A DNA stretch of 64,000 bases from Takakia lepidozioides (lineage: Eukaryota > Plantae > Bryophyta). The notes below the pieces were generated by a model. It made no database searches. It was not told the DNA's origin and worked only from the letters and a program-made list of their open reading frames with translations. The stretch lies in assembly GCA_030704615.1 (NCBI GenBank), contig CM060731.1:39618001-39682000 (forward strand), given 5' to 3'. This document shows, piece by piece, positions 38,849 to 52,915 of this stretch. The position numbers were made by a program, and so were the translations under genes. Positions within the stretch are counted from its first letter, which is position 1. Each line of letters starts with the position of its first letter.

Positions 38849-39501
38849 ACAAGCTTTCCCTCTATTTTCTTGTAGGACAAGTTCCAGTGCAGTCCATCAT
38901 CAAATTCAGTCAGATGAAGGTCCATCAGTTCATAAGAGACCCCCAGACTTGTAAAGCCTCTTCTTCCCCTACCATTGTTGGGCTCCTATGAGCCTTGTGC
39001 ATTGCATGCCAGTTACTGTTTAATTGAAAGAGACCTTTTTTTAAAAGCTGTCCATGAATTGTGGGTGGGGCAAGATTAGAGCTATTGACTTTTCTGGTAC
39101 TCTTACTTTCTGGTTCTAATGACAGTTGTTACTCTGTCGACAGTGCTATTTGTACGAGTAGCACACAGCTCTGAAGTATCCATTTGAACACCTCTATTTT
39201 GTGACCCAATGAGAACACCTACTTGGGGTTTGGAATTATGAATGGCCCAACCCTTGACTAAAAACCTCTCCAATTTCGATCAGAACGTTGCTCCAAGTGA
39301 GTTGTGGTGATCACTCATTTCTTCTGTATTGGGGAACGCCATGTGCCTCCGGTAACAAATACCTCCTAAGTTCAAGTATACCATAGCTCATGCAATTTTT
39401 CTTGGACAGGTATTTCCTCCGCAAAGCTTCTCTCTGGCAAGACAGCTTTGGCTGTCTAACATATCAAGCCATATATTTGCAAGCTGCTGACCTATTTGCA
39501 C

Positions 39502-40037
39502 TAGTGAGTCATACTTGCAAAAATGATGTACTTATTTGAGGTGTGCCTGGTGTCGGTTACTCTCTGCTGTCACACTTGATAGAGATGTGACAGAGATTGC
39601 CGATTGTTGAATACTAAGATGACATGAAGAATGTTGCAACAAAAAGAGGATTGGTGAGTCACCGACTCCAGATAGTTAATCAAACACCTGGTGAACAGTA
39701 TTGAGAATTAAACCAAGAGTACACGCAAGTGTTCTTACCCGTAACGAACACATCCTTCCCAGAGATGGTTGCTTGTTCGTACCAGACCAATGTCTGAAGG
39801 GGCAAATACAATGTCATGAGGCAGGGCAGCAAACACAGCCTGCAATCGCTGAGCATCTACGAACATGTCACTGGAGTAAAGTTAAGTTTGAGTTCAATCA
39901 CATGTAGGAAGAGCAAAGAGGGACAGATACTACATAGGAAAATTGCCGTTGAAAGTAGGTGATGGAAAGAACAAACAGTGGGACCCATCCCAAGGCTGTT
40001 GCTGAAGTACATGGAAACATATATTCCATTTTGTAGC
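39502..40037. repeat. Third partial copy of the RsmD-downstream segment
   Basis: Matches ~41176-41715 and ~24089-24630; separated from the 41176 copy by ~1.1 kb of unrelated CATG-rich DNA. Confidence 0.88.
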
Positions 40038-41845
40038 GTACATTCTATCAGTGTGGGCCTAGAAATGGAAAAATGGCGCCGAATTTCGGTTTTCGGTGAC
40101 CGCCACCCTAGAAGCTTTGATAATTGACTTTGGCTATTGCAGTTGTCCGGTTGCAAAGTCATACATGATTTGAATGCATTGTCATATCTATTAGTATAGT
40201 CCTACATACATGATGTCATGTCTCATTCATGCACATTTCTTTTTCTTTTCTTTTCTTTTTAAATTTAAAGGGGATAGAGGCCCTTTAATCAAATTAAATC
40301 AGATAAATGTTCACAAAAAGGTGGAAAAAATTAACCACCAGGGAGGCCGTAAGGCTCACTGAGGGGGAACATCCCCGTAACCACAGCATTCGAGCTACAA
40401 GCAGAAAAAAAAGGGGGGGAAGGGATGTCTCATCCCCTGCACCAAGAGAAAACTGGAACTAGAAATCTAGGCCTGATAAGTAACATAAAACCAAGCCTAA
40501 GACTGATGACGGCCTAAGACTGATGACCGGCAGGGAAGATTAAGAAGACTTAGGATATTTCTTGTGTCATATGTATGACAATGCATCAAACTTATCATGT
40601 ATTTTCATGCATTATCAAAACTCTATTTCTATGCATACAATTCATGAGGCCGTGGGTTCATATAACAATGAATGAGATGATGAGTATGAATCTTAATATC
40701 TCTACTAATATAATTCTTTTATTCTTATACTTGAAAAATAAAATATAAGTCAATTGCATTGTCATACATGGCAAACATGACATCTGGTATTATTTTCATG
40801 CACAGTCACTCATAAGAAATCAGTTGCATTGTCATACATAGATACAGAGACATATGATGTGATGTGTGTCCATGCAAGACTTCTGTCTGAAGACAACTGA
40901 TGTATTTCCATGCATGACCATTTATTTCTCATGTATGACTATGCAAGATGAGCATTTAAACTAGGAACACTTTTGAAGTTGCAAAATCAAGCAAAAACTC
41001 TAGTATTACACTAATCGGTATCCGAACCTGAGACCCCACATGCATCTACATGTATTTCTCATGTATTTCCATACATGTATGACTGTGCATGAAGATGGGC
41101 ATCCACTGAACTTCTGAGGGACTAAAAAATAACCCCCTTTCATTTATGGGCCATGGAGACACACAGGACAATAGGTAGTGAGTCATACTTCCCAAAATGA
41201 GGTACTTATTTGAGGTGTGCCTGGTGTCACTTACTCTCTGCTGTCACACTCGATAAAGATGGCCGATTGTTGAATACTAAGATGACATTAAGAATGTTGC
41301 AACAAAAAGAGGTCCATCCATCTCATCAAATATTGGCAAGTCAGATAGTTAATCAAACACCTGGCAAACAGTATTCAGAAATAAACCGTGAGCACACGCA
41401 AGTGCTCTTACCCGTAACGAACACACCATTCCCATAGATGGTTGCTTCTCAATACTAGAACAATGTCTGAAGGGGAAAATACAATCTCAAGAGGCAGGGC
41501 ATTAAATACAGCGTGAAATCGCAACAATGAGCATCTACGAACATGTCACTGCAGTAAAGTTAAGTTTGAGTTCAATCACATGTAGGAAGAGCAAGAGGGA
41601 CAGATACTACATAGGAAAATTGCCGTTGAAAGTAGGTGATGGCAAGAACAGACGGTGGGACCCATCCCAAGGCTGGAGCTGAAGTACATGGAAACATATA
41701 TTTCATTTTGTAGCTTTTTCTTTAAGCTGTCTAATGAGACAGCCTCCAACAACACACTGTTCTTGTCACATCATTGCACTCCAACGAGAATCTCAATGTA
41801 ATCACAAGCCACAGATGCTCCTCGCACTCTACTGATGATGTCTAA

Positions 41846-44800
41846 TCAATCATCTCTAGCCCATGATGGGCCATAAATGGCAACATGTGTGCGACCATAC
41901 CGTCTATCTCTTATCTGCAAAACACAAACACGGGGTTCACTCAGATGTAGCCCACAATAGTAAAAACGATCAACCTGCCCTTTCAATCAGGAGACAGACC
42001 TTGTTGCATTGCAAAACAAGCAGAGCTTCATGTGAACCAAGTTTAGAAACAGAAGTCTACTTGACTGTAAATAACACATAAGGTGAATGGTGAACGGTGA
42101 ACAGTGACCATATTAGGTTAGATGAGCAAATCAGAAATGAAATTGGGGCATGAGAAGCCTAACAAACAAAAAGGAGGGTATGCTACTACTGCTGCAAGTT
42201 CAATTAACAATCATAAAATGCTGAAGCACACACCTTTACAAGCGAACCACAATTATCAGGCATCTCATGTTTTGACTTTATTGGGTACTCCACCACCTTC
42301 ACAGTGAGCATGCCCCAGCAATTGCAAATGATACAGACAGTCAGTATCTAGAACATGTTCATATAAACTACAAGCTAAGCATGTGATGGCATCGTAGCCA
42401 ACTGGGATATCAGGCAGGCAGGCTATGAAGGCAAAAGAATCTTCATGAGGAACTTGCATTTCTCTAGCATAATTAAACACGATAGACTGCTAAGGGGGTC
42501 TGCAGAGGCAGGCACCAGAAAGAGGGCAGGCCAGTTCTTTCAAATTGGTTTGCCTAGTGTATCCCTCTGCATGTCTAATTTGTAACAGCCAATCTCCTGA
42601 TGCATACTCCTTCCAATAAAGGTGGGACTTTGGATATCTAAACAAGAAGAAGAAACACGAGTGAAATGTTGTGGGCTAAAAGCGAAGTTTGAAACTCACA
42701 ATACAGGTCTGATCTCCTAGAAGGGGTGATGTTGAGAGCTGGTCCATCAAGGTAGTGAATTCTACTGCTTCATATGGAGGAGTTACACTTATGTAGTCGA
42801 ATTTGCCCCCAAGTATCTCAGCTGTCAAATAAGACAGCACCAGCTGTCAGACATTAAAGTATAGACCTCATATGTGACCATCTTCTCGGTATGAATGATG
42901 GAGATGAGAATTGAAACGAAACAGACATTTTGCCTTCTCACCCTAGAGAACATCAAAGCATATCGAATGACCACAGAAAAAATGCCAACTAACATACATC
43001 CACGATCAGATGCTTGCTGCAGCAACACTTCAACCCGTGTGGTATGCACAGTAGATTGTCCATGGAAGCCCGTTGCTTGCAAGTTGGTATCCAACACTTG
43101 TGCTACCACCCAGGGGTCCATCTCCACAAAATGTGCCTATCTTCACATAGCAACCTTGTTTAGGTATCCATTCCACAGGAAATCAGAACCAAGTAACATT
43201 TTGTTGTGCGATTACTAAAAGATTCTGGAGTTGTACTGAATGAAGATCTTTAAAGAAAGCTGAAAGTTAGCTTTCACTTTCATCTGATGCCATTTGCAAT
43301 AATGGAAACAATTTGTTTACTTCAAGGTACTTGACACTGACTACACACCAGCAAACATGTCAACCTGTGTAACCACTACTTCAAGAATGTTTGTCAATGT
43401 TTCTAAAATGGTTGCTCGTAAACTTAGAAGGTACTACTGGGCATCGAAAAGATGGACATCAGGCTACACCGGTACCTCCTTCTGAAGAGGTCGATCTTTT
43501 AGGTTGTGTTCATATCTGTAATCTCATTATGATGGTCAACCCTGAGGGAGGGATTTATTTCAATATGGAACTCTTGGCTTGCTTAATCTAGTCTCTTAAG
43601 CTCAGCATGAGTTTCAAAGAGTGAATACCCACTACATACCATTTCACATCCCCTGCTGAGTGCCTCAATTCCCACGGAGCCTGTCCCACTATACAGGTCC
43701 AACCATCGCCCTCCAGGCAAGCTTGCCGAGCAACCACCGAGTGCCTGCACCGCACCTCAGAAGTTTCATACTGTAGATGCTTCTAAACAGCTATAATGGG
43801 TATACTTGAAACCTACAGTCTTGATGGAACAACCTGCGCACATTCTTGAAAATATGCATATAATCCATGTCCCATTCAACATACAAGACAGTTCACAACC
43901 TGTAATATGTTGAATACAGCACCACGGACCACTTCCATCATGGGACGCACATTCATGTCTGCTGGTGAGACCAGCTTTCTACCTCCCACTTTGCCTGCCA
44001 TCACCTGTATCTCCGTCATTAATAACCTCCACACATCCTTATCCACAATTCTCCTGACTTGTAGGACAGAGGGCCAGAGAACTACACTGCCTGCACATCC
44101 TTTCCAAACCCAAATTGACACTTAAAATATCACCACTTCCCCTGCATGATGCCTACTATTCCATGTCTTACCAATCACCAGAATCCACCAATCAATCGCA
44201 GAGTCAATTCTGGTGAATTCCAGTGAATCAACCTGACAGACTGGAATCACCTCACTTTCCAAACCAATATTCAAGTGCAAGTTCCTTGGATGATCACAAA
44301 AGAACCATATTGTTTCCTTTACCACATCCCTCTGTCCATTCATACGTACGTGGGACAACACATACCCGCAGCAACTTATGCGTTTGCCTGGGGGCATCTT
44401 CATCCTTTCCTTCAGAGGCCACGCTACGGTTTTCTCTCTCCTCTTGCAGATGCTGCTTCAATCGCAGTGGCACTTGTACTCCTGCCAGCTCCATCAACTG
44501 TGCCACCATCTTCCCGTCACAACTTCCTCTCAATTTGAATTTGGGTTGCTTCAAAATGGCGTAAAGAACTTTCAGCTTTTTTCCTCGAAGGAAAGGGGTG
44601 GCTTAAACCTGGGAATCCACACTCTCTTGATCACGTGTTTTAGGGGAGGCTGTAAGACACTTGCCAGCCTGGCGAATGGATAGAATTCTATAATGCATAC
44701 ACCAGGCTGGCAAGTGGATTACAAGCATGTTGACGTGGTAGGGCTTACGTTCTTCACCACTCAGTAAGCCTCCTCGTGTCAGGGCTTACCTACATTCGCC

Positions 44801-46123
44801 CCGCCACTCGCCACTCGCCACTCGGCTAATGCCTCGTGGTGGGGCTCATTCCCGTAAGCCCCTCCACTCGGAGGCTTACCCTACACTTACAGGCCGTGTT
44901 CATCCAATTCCAATCACTCTTCCCTGGGACTAAAACTTCTTGTTAGTACCATCTGAAGTACCACATTGTAAGTACTAAGACATTTGCCCACTTGCAAGTA
45001 TACTTGAAGACGTGGTTCAGCTTCCACACAGGCTTCTAACTTATATTCAGCTCACACCTCCAACCTCAAGGACAAAGGTGACAGGGCTTTTAAAGTATGC
45101 CAATATCGGTGATTTACATTCAATGTCCACATAAATTTAGCTAGTGGATCTGTCTGGATCCCTGGATTTCTGCCAACTTGCTCACTTTGCTCCAGTTTTG
45201 CCCAGGCCTATTTTGGTGTCCCTGATATACAAAGTTGCTGGCCTCCACTTGGATTGCTATTTGGACAAAATGGCTTGTGCTAGGTGTTTTCAAAACCTCT
45301 TTAAATAATTGTAATTTAGGTGTATTGCTTCTACTCAAGGTTCAGACTTTAAGCCCATAGAGCAGCAATGAACATATCCATGGTTGCTGGTGTCAAGGTG
45401 CTGATAAGTAACCCTTCAAGAGAGATTTTTGTTTACCGGCAAAAACTATAGTGATGCCTGTCAAAAACCCCTGCAAAAGGCTAACAACCAGAAACTGCGT
45501 AGAGGGTAGAGGGTAGGGAGCCCGTCACCTACCTCCTCTGTGGAATCATAATTAACCTTCCAACCACCATCAATGTTGTACACTTCCTCTTCCACCACCT
45601 TTCCCTTCTCTCCTTTCGTCTTCCCCTTGCTTTCTCTTCTGCGAGCTGAACCGTCCACACAGACACTCGTCACCACGTTTGACAGCTGAAATGGGCGGCT
45701 GTACTAAGGGTGGAAGCAATTTTTAAGGATAAGGAAAGTTGTCAAAAACGAGGATAAATTCCGGGCAAGGAAAAATGGGAAGGACAACTGGGTGGAAAAA
45801 AACCAAAACAGTAAGCCCAATCACAGAAAACAGTGTGAGCCAATTCACAAGACCGAGAGGCTGGAAGAACTACATTCAGCTCGAGATTTTTAACAAATTG
45901 GTTGAAAAGCCTTGACTAGAATTCCAGGCTGCATGAGAGAAGATGAGAACAACCCACAACTTGGTACAGCAGCCGATGGGCGCTGTGCTGCGCACTGAAC
46001 CCTTTGGGCGGAGGTGCGGGAAATTACTTGTGCACACCTGCGGTAATCCACCTGCACATGAGAGAAAGGGCATGGCGTGCATTGAGATGGCGTCCATTGT
46101 CTGGAGTTCATGAGTGTGTCCAT
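41846..46123 (-). CDS. RSMD: RsmD/YhhF-like 16S rRNA m2G966 methyltransferase with organellar transit-peptide-like N-terminus
   Basis: THKLLR|VMAGKVGGRKLVSPADMNVRPMMEVVRGAVFNILQ|GRWLDLYSGTGSVGIEALSRG|AHFVEMDPWVV|FDYISVTPPY|VVEYP|IRDRRYGRTHVAIYGPSWARDD*. Confidence 0.9.
44651..44723. other. Intronic inverted repeat / hairpin
   Basis: cacttgccagcctgg ... ccaggctggcaagtg, perfect 15-bp stem with imperfect extensions on both sides. Confidence 0.85.
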
Positions 46124-46854
46124 AGCTCCCAGCGATCGTCTCCTCCTAACTTAGCCGCAAATCAGGCTTCGAATGGAGGATACCGAACAAGCCTCCCTCA
46201 GAAGTCTCCATCATGCCCTAACTAATTTACTAAATGGACGACGGTCCATAGTCCGGAGTCACCCTTCACTGGCACCATAAAATATCGCACCTGTGCTTCA
46301 TTCATCCATCCTAACGGTACCCTCGCCCACCCATCATCCAAGTTAAGGTACTGGAAGGGTCGGCTGTAAAGCCAACCCTATTGGAGCCCATAAATTGTGC
46401 CGGCCATATGTCTTGATATCCATACAGCACGTATCCGTAGACACGCATGGTATATTTAACCAACCGACCCTTTTAAGAGGACGTAGGCAGCGGTCTGTTC
46501 TACTTATACAGTTCTGGACGTTGAGATACGCGCAATCGATATGGGATAATGTGGATGGCCCTAAGCTGCCAACAAGGACCTCCGTCCTCCCTTTCTCTCC
46601 TTCCAATCTGCGCGGACCAATTCCTGCAGGTCATTTTTACCCCCGGCCCCCTCTGCAAGCTTTCTTCTCTTGCGATCTTTGCTTTCTCTCCTTGTCTACA
46701 TGAGGCTGTCCATCTTAGAGGATCTCTTGACGTTGGACCTCGACTGTTATTTTGGGCGGACCCCACTTGTATCGTGATTTGTTGTGTCCCTAAAGCTCTC
46801 GGAGCTTCTCATGGACGTTACGAAGAAGATGAGACATGCTGAGCCGGAATACTT

Positions 46855-49800
46855 CTATTCCAAGCCTATCTGCCAGACTGCTGGAAAACGAACAACAGGG
46901 CACTGACTGAAGTTGGCTGTAGGCAATGCCCCTTCGCTTTTAAGACAGTTTGGGACAGATGCACTCTGTAGAACATCATCAGAAATTGTCCGTTGATAAA
47001 AACGTGTCATCTGTACTCCTACAACCACCTTATGCTTTAGTTGTGGTGGCATTGGCAGCTCCCAAAATTGACCCTAGTTATCCAACAAGCCTTCAAGTTT
47101 TTTCCTAGTCTCAACTTGACCCCATACTCGTGGCTTCACTCCACTGGAACACCCTTTCCCCGTTTTCTCAACTGAATGCTTTGTTGAAGAGTTGGTCGTC
47201 GAAGCCTGCTGCACTTGATCTGTTACTTTAATCCTGATAGCAGGGGATCTCTGCACAGAGGAGCAGGCCCTTTGTGACATAAAACCAACATGGCGGCTGA
47301 CTTGTTGTGGTGTGTAAAGTGCATGCTGCAAAGAGACACCTGTGTTTTCCAAATGTGCATGATCGCCATATTCCTGGTGAAAGCTCTGCAGGGATGCAGG
47401 TGCTTGGCAATCATGCTGGCAACAGAGAGTCCTTGGAGTCAGTGATTCGAGTGCAGTGGTGACAGGGATAGACTGCTTCACCGCAGGGCTGGCCACAATA
47501 CTCCCCTTCATTTTTGGTGTCTCCATGATCTGCTGTCTATTTGAGTCCGCCATCACATGCCTCGCCTGTTCACACCAAAAATATGTCAAGATGTTCAGAC
47601 TTAACCTACAAGGGGCCCAAGGTTTCATACTTCCCGAACTAGTATCATTGTTGGATATGACACATAACAAGCATTCATAAAGAATGTGAAAGCCGTCAGC
47701 TAGGAAGAGCTTGCAATCTCAATTGTAGCAGACAACCTACACATTCCCCATTCCAGCCATATAAAGCTGCAAAAGAGATGGCAGGACATACCATGCAACG
47801 CTCCTGGTGTGGCAATGGGACACGAGAAGCACTACCCCCGCTTGGTGCTTTGCAAAGTTCAGCCTTCATCTCACTCTGTCAACCAAGTTTGAGAGAACTT
47901 CAGAGAGGAACCTGGGGCAAGGGAGGATAATGGGGGTTGCTGTTGGTTTCCATAATTGACAGCCTAGATTTTTTAAACCTAGTCACAGAGTTCATGCACC
48001 CAACACTCTGTCCATGCCCCACCCATTTTGCCAATTATTCTTTGTTGAGGACCAGCAATAAAAATGTTCATGTACAAAAGGTTAGTGTGCCATCCTTGCC
48101 TGGGATACTGATGTTGTTGGGCTGTGGATTGTCCCAAGTGTGTGAAGCAAGGTGTTGCCTTGTTGATGATGCGAATGAGCGTGGGGTGAACTAGCTAGGG
48201 GAGCACAAGGTTTCCATCTCAAAGTCTTCCTCATGCCCATGGATGTTTTACATATTCGTATCCCATTTGAATCCACTGGCACACGCATTGGCTGCCCCCC
48301 ATCGCACCATCTTAGAAGTAATCAACTGTCAATTGAATAGAAGAGTGAAGGCGTCCTAACCTGTTTGTGTGTTGCATTGATGAGTTTGCTTTATGGATAA
48401 CTGCAAGGTCAAGATGGTATCTTACAGAGCCCAACTTGTGCTTTGAATTTCTTGTACGCATGATGCTTGGAAGTGGTGTTGGTAAGCCCAGTTCATGCTT
48501 TGAGATTGGTATCCGGATGGCGCCCCCTCTGGAGAGTAATTTGCAACCTTGATTTTGGGGCTGCTAAACCACCAAGTACAACATCAGATTACATGAAGTT
48601 ATGAAGTTCATGGGTTTTTCCTTCTTTTCTCTCTCATACAGGCTTAGGAGATTGAGGCACTAGGTTCAGTAGGGCCAAGACAAAAAAAAGTAAATGCTCT
48701 CAAGCTCTGTACATATATAGGTACTCCAAGTAGCCCCCTTTTCATGAACAAGTGGGATTCAATGATTACTTGAAGGGTATAACCACAGTAAGTGCTAAAC
48801 TTGTCCATCATTATACAAGATAGTATGCATGCTTTGGACCAATGCAATTGGGTATTCTTCTGAACCATAGGCCCTCCTTGAAAGGAAAGGACATAAGATA
48901 CTATCGGTGTTCCAATATTACCCTCTGTTTGAGAAGTTTGTTGCTGTGCTCAAAAGGAGGGTCTGAAATCTGGATAACAAAACCTCCAATTTCAAAAGGT
49001 GAGTCCCCTACAAGCAATCCTCAGTATGCTCTTCTTTCCCTCCCCTCCCTCTCCCACGTTTTCTTCGTCGTTCAAACTGGACATAGGGTCTTTGGCTTGG
49101 GCTGATGAGTACACCATCTCCCTCTAAATTAGACTCCCTCTGTTTGTTTCACAGTCGACTCTATCTGACTCTCTCCCCGAACGTTATGTATCTCTCTTCC
49201 ATTGCAGAGCTCGCTGTGATACAGGTCGAGCTCCCGGGTTTGCCAACCTTGTGCACACACGAGAAGCATGCAACCCATCTGCCCGCTTTACATAACCCCA
49301 GCAGTCCCACATTTGTAACCTACTTTATGTAAAGCAATAGACTGTGGCGATCGGATACAAGGCGGGCGGGGACCCACCTCTTCTTGTGCTGCTGTCTCCA
49401 ACATTCGGGTTCCCAAACAGTCATCTTCTCGCTTTGGTGCAACCATTTCGGCCCACTTCCTTGCCTCAATCCTCACACCTGCAGATCGAGTAGCAAGCTG
49501 AAACCAAATTTCGCAGCGCCTATTCCCCAATGCTTTCGCGCCCAGCAGATTTTACCGTTCAGTCATTGTACCCTGTTTGAAATTTCAACATGTATCTTGG
49601 GACCTCCTTTGGTCCAGACTCCAGGGGTGGGGCCAGCGTGTCGTAACAGAGTTGGTGGTAATGCATTAGGGTTTAGTATCGTGTGCATTTGAGGATGTGT
49701 GTGGAGGATTGTCACTACCAAAAGATCTGCCACATGGCATACTAAAGTGATGCCCACCAAAAGGATGGCAGGAGAGAAGGGCAAGGAAGAGGAGCGGTAC

Positions 49801-49880
49801 CAATAGAGTGGTTCGACGAACTCTGCTGGAATGGCATGCATCACCTTAGCGGCCATGACTCCGCACCTGAACAAGCTCAA
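46855..49880 (-). CDS. Putative multi-exon gene of unknown function; boundaries uncertain
   Basis: Several AG/GT-bounded open segments (e.g. VRIEARKWAEMVAPKREDDCLGTRMLETAAQEE|gt; ORF 47074-47670); no recognised domain. Confidence 0.4.
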
Positions 49881-50191
49881 TTGTGCTGCTGTCGCTTATG
49901 GCCGGTAAAACCTCCAACCCTGCTTGTGAGCTGATTCGCTGACTTCCTGTGGTGGGCTTGCGGTAGGGCGGCTGTTTTGTTTGTGTAGTTTGATCTCACT
50001 GCAAACTTTGACTTGGCTGTGTACGTTGTTCATGGTCTATAGGCTTGGACTTCTGAGACAGGATTTCGGCATGTGTGGGTAGCAGCGGCAGGTTGATTGT
50101 TGGAACCTTGAATCGAATTTGTTGATGAATTTATGGGTACAGATGTAGTGCACCCAACCGTCAAGCATCGGTTACTACGAAGTCTCAAACA

Positions 50192-51706
50192 ATGGACCCC
50201 TCTAGGTCTGAAACAAGAGCTTCAAATGTATCATACTTCATATCGAGATTCAAACTTAGTACGAATGAGAATTTGAAGCGGTCTCATTGTGTTGATGGGA
50301 CAACTCTCGTAGAATCATCAAAAGAATGTCAATTACCACTCGCCCTCGACAGGCGCCATTTTCTTGTGGGATGTTTATTGCCAATGTCTCTGTTTGGACA
50401 TGAGCACGTCCTTGCAGGTGATGATTTTCCTCCTGTTTTCTGCTTTGAGGGTGGTAGATTGGTTTCACTTTTGCCAGATTTGAAGAACATTGTGGCACAA
50501 CTTCAATGGTCTCTAATCACACCCATTGGATTTTTCAATGTGCTTATGCTGGTCAGAATCTACTCTAAAGCAGAGGTTGCTGCACAGTTTGAATATAATC
50601 CGTGATCATAAAATGACGGGCTGGGTTGATGAACCATGTCCACGCACACCCAAAAATTGAACCCTCGATTTCCCCACTGTCCAGGGAGAATTTTGGTTTT
50701 TTCTCTCCTTTCAGATGTCACTTAAAAGTGTTTGGAAATGTGTCAGATCAGATAGAAGAGGATGAAGCCAGTGGGAATGAGGGAGACGAATTCGGCTTCG
50801 ATGGACTTGGTAAAAGTGCAGACGACTATGTGCCTGGCAAAGTTGTTGCGGTGGCTCAAGCTGGAGAGGGGGCAGTTCTTTTCCTAGGGTCTGTATGTAT
50901 ATCTTTTTTCTGCTTTGTAAACTTCATGGTATTCCTGTCAGTTGCATAAACATGACTTCTGGGTGGCTTGGACATGTTCACTTCGCGATGCCCTTGCTGT
51001 CCTGTCAAGCTATGCATTTTGAGTGACTGTAGTAACAGACCATTTGTGCTCTCACAGGGTAGATGGTTTTGAATTACCCCTGCGTATGGTGGTTGGGGCT
51101 GCTGAAGCAATGGCCATTCTGACAGCGGCCCAAGAGCGCCGAGGTCGGAGGCCAGTCACACATGAAGCATGGGGTTCTTCTCTCGCCGCAGTTGGATGGA
51201 AGGTGAGAACATCAGGGATCAACTGAGGTGCTTGCTTAAAATCAGCAGTTTCATATTTGATGCGTATCTTTTGGAGGTCTCAAGGGATCTGCGTGTGGTT
51301 GTTGCAGGTAGACCGGGTGGCCATCACTAGTATGGAGAATGATTTGTTTTACAGTCGCCTGGTGCTCTCTTTTGAGCCCTCAGCAACTTCTGGTATAAGT
51401 CCCAGAGATGTCAATCCTGCCACTTCAAGCCATAGAAGTGTGGACATGCGTCCATCTGATGGTATTGCTCTGGCCCTCAGGTGTCGAGCTCCGCTGTTTA
51501 TTTGTAAGAAGGTGGCAGAGGAAATAGTTGTTCTAAAAAGTGGTGAAAAGGTAAAGGAACAGATTGATCCGCTGAACAAACCAGGATTGCAAGCTCGTGG
51601 AGACATTCCTGTCTACTTCGACAATCTATCCTACTATGTTGCGCAAAGTTCGCCAGGGTCATTGACAGTGTTCTTTGAGGATGAGGATATGCGCACAATG
51701 CTCTAA
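50192..51706 (+). CDS. Bifunctional nuclease domain (DUF151) protein; 5' exons uncertain
   Basis: AVLFLG|VDGFELPLRMVVGAAEAMAIL..RRPVTHE|VDRVAITSMENDLFYSRLVL..VDMRPSDGIALALRCRAPLFI. Confidence 0.85.
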
Positions 51707-52334
51707 CTTAGAGCGTTTTGTCTTGATAGTGCTTATATTGAGCTCCGGATTCAGGCTGTACAGTGCTGTACATAATTCATCGAGTCAAAATCGATTTTGT
51801 ATATGACTGTTTGATATTACAGATGTGGTCCAGTTAACTGGGTTTGCAGTCCTGGACATGGTTTCTGTGTAATGGATGGCAATGCTTGAGATTGAGTTCT
51901 TCTTTCTTCTTCTTGCCATATACAAAGCTGGACAGATTTATCATCCGTACTTCGCCATTTGGACTCCTGATTGCCCTTTTGTTTTTATACCCAATCAATA
52001 CAACTGCAAGTATCTGAATTGATCAAAGCACCCACCATGCGTGCTAGAATCCCTTTGGCTCCTTTCTTTCTGCCTCTGAGGGTTTTTGGTTTATGAGCAC
52101 TAACACAAATACAATATAGGAAGATAATAGGAATAATGTAAGAACTTAACGCGAGTGTGTCAGGTCTGTCCAACCCTGACACCCCGTACCGCTGGTTCTC
52201 CGCCTCCGGCAGCCATGGAAAGGCAGCCGGCTGGGCTCGGTCAATCCCTCCCCACCCCCGCTCTCATCCCATCGGCGTCGTCGCCCGCGCATCGTCATTC
52301 TGCGACACCAGTCCGTCGCGTCCACCATTCTGCT

Positions 52335-52915
52335 AGTAACCACTAACCACCATGTAACCCTCTGTAACCCATGTAACCCCCTGCAACCCATGTAACCCCA
52401 TGACCCTCTGTAACCCTCACCAAGTGTAACCCTTTGTAACACCGCAGAGTGTCACCCCACCCCTATGTAACCCTCACTCCATGTAACCCTCTGTAAAACT
52501 TTGCAACCCATGTAATTCTCTGTGACCCTCTTAACCCATGTAACCCCATGACCCTCTGTAACCCTCAACATGTAACCCTCACCTGTAACCCCCCTGTAAC
52601 CCTCTGTAACCCTCAACATGTAACCCTCACCTGTAACCCCCTGTAACCTGTTGTAACCCTCATCACCATGTAACCCTCTATAACACCGCAGAGTGTCACT
52701 CTCACCCCCTATGTAACCCTCACTCCATGTAACCCTCACCAGGTGTAACCCTCACCACCATGTAACCCTCTGTAACCCATGTAATCCTTTGTAACACCGC
52801 AGAGTGTCACCCTCATCCCCATGTAACCCTCACTCCATGTAACCCTTTGTGACCCTTTGAAACCCATGTAACCCTCTGTGACCCTCTGTAACCCATGTAA
52901 CCCTCTGTAACTCCG
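52335..52915 (+). repeat. Left subterminal array of (T)GTAACCC variants
   Basis: Dozens of tgtaaccc units with 1-10 nt spacers. Confidence 0.95.

Noticed and set aside
41846-46123. Bacterial contamination or recent HGT of rsmD
   Set aside because: Many spliceosomal introns and a transit-peptide-like leader, typical of the plant organellar homologue
46300-46850. Possible solo LTR or organellar insert
   Set aside because: No TSD, termini or recognisable organellar gene could be established
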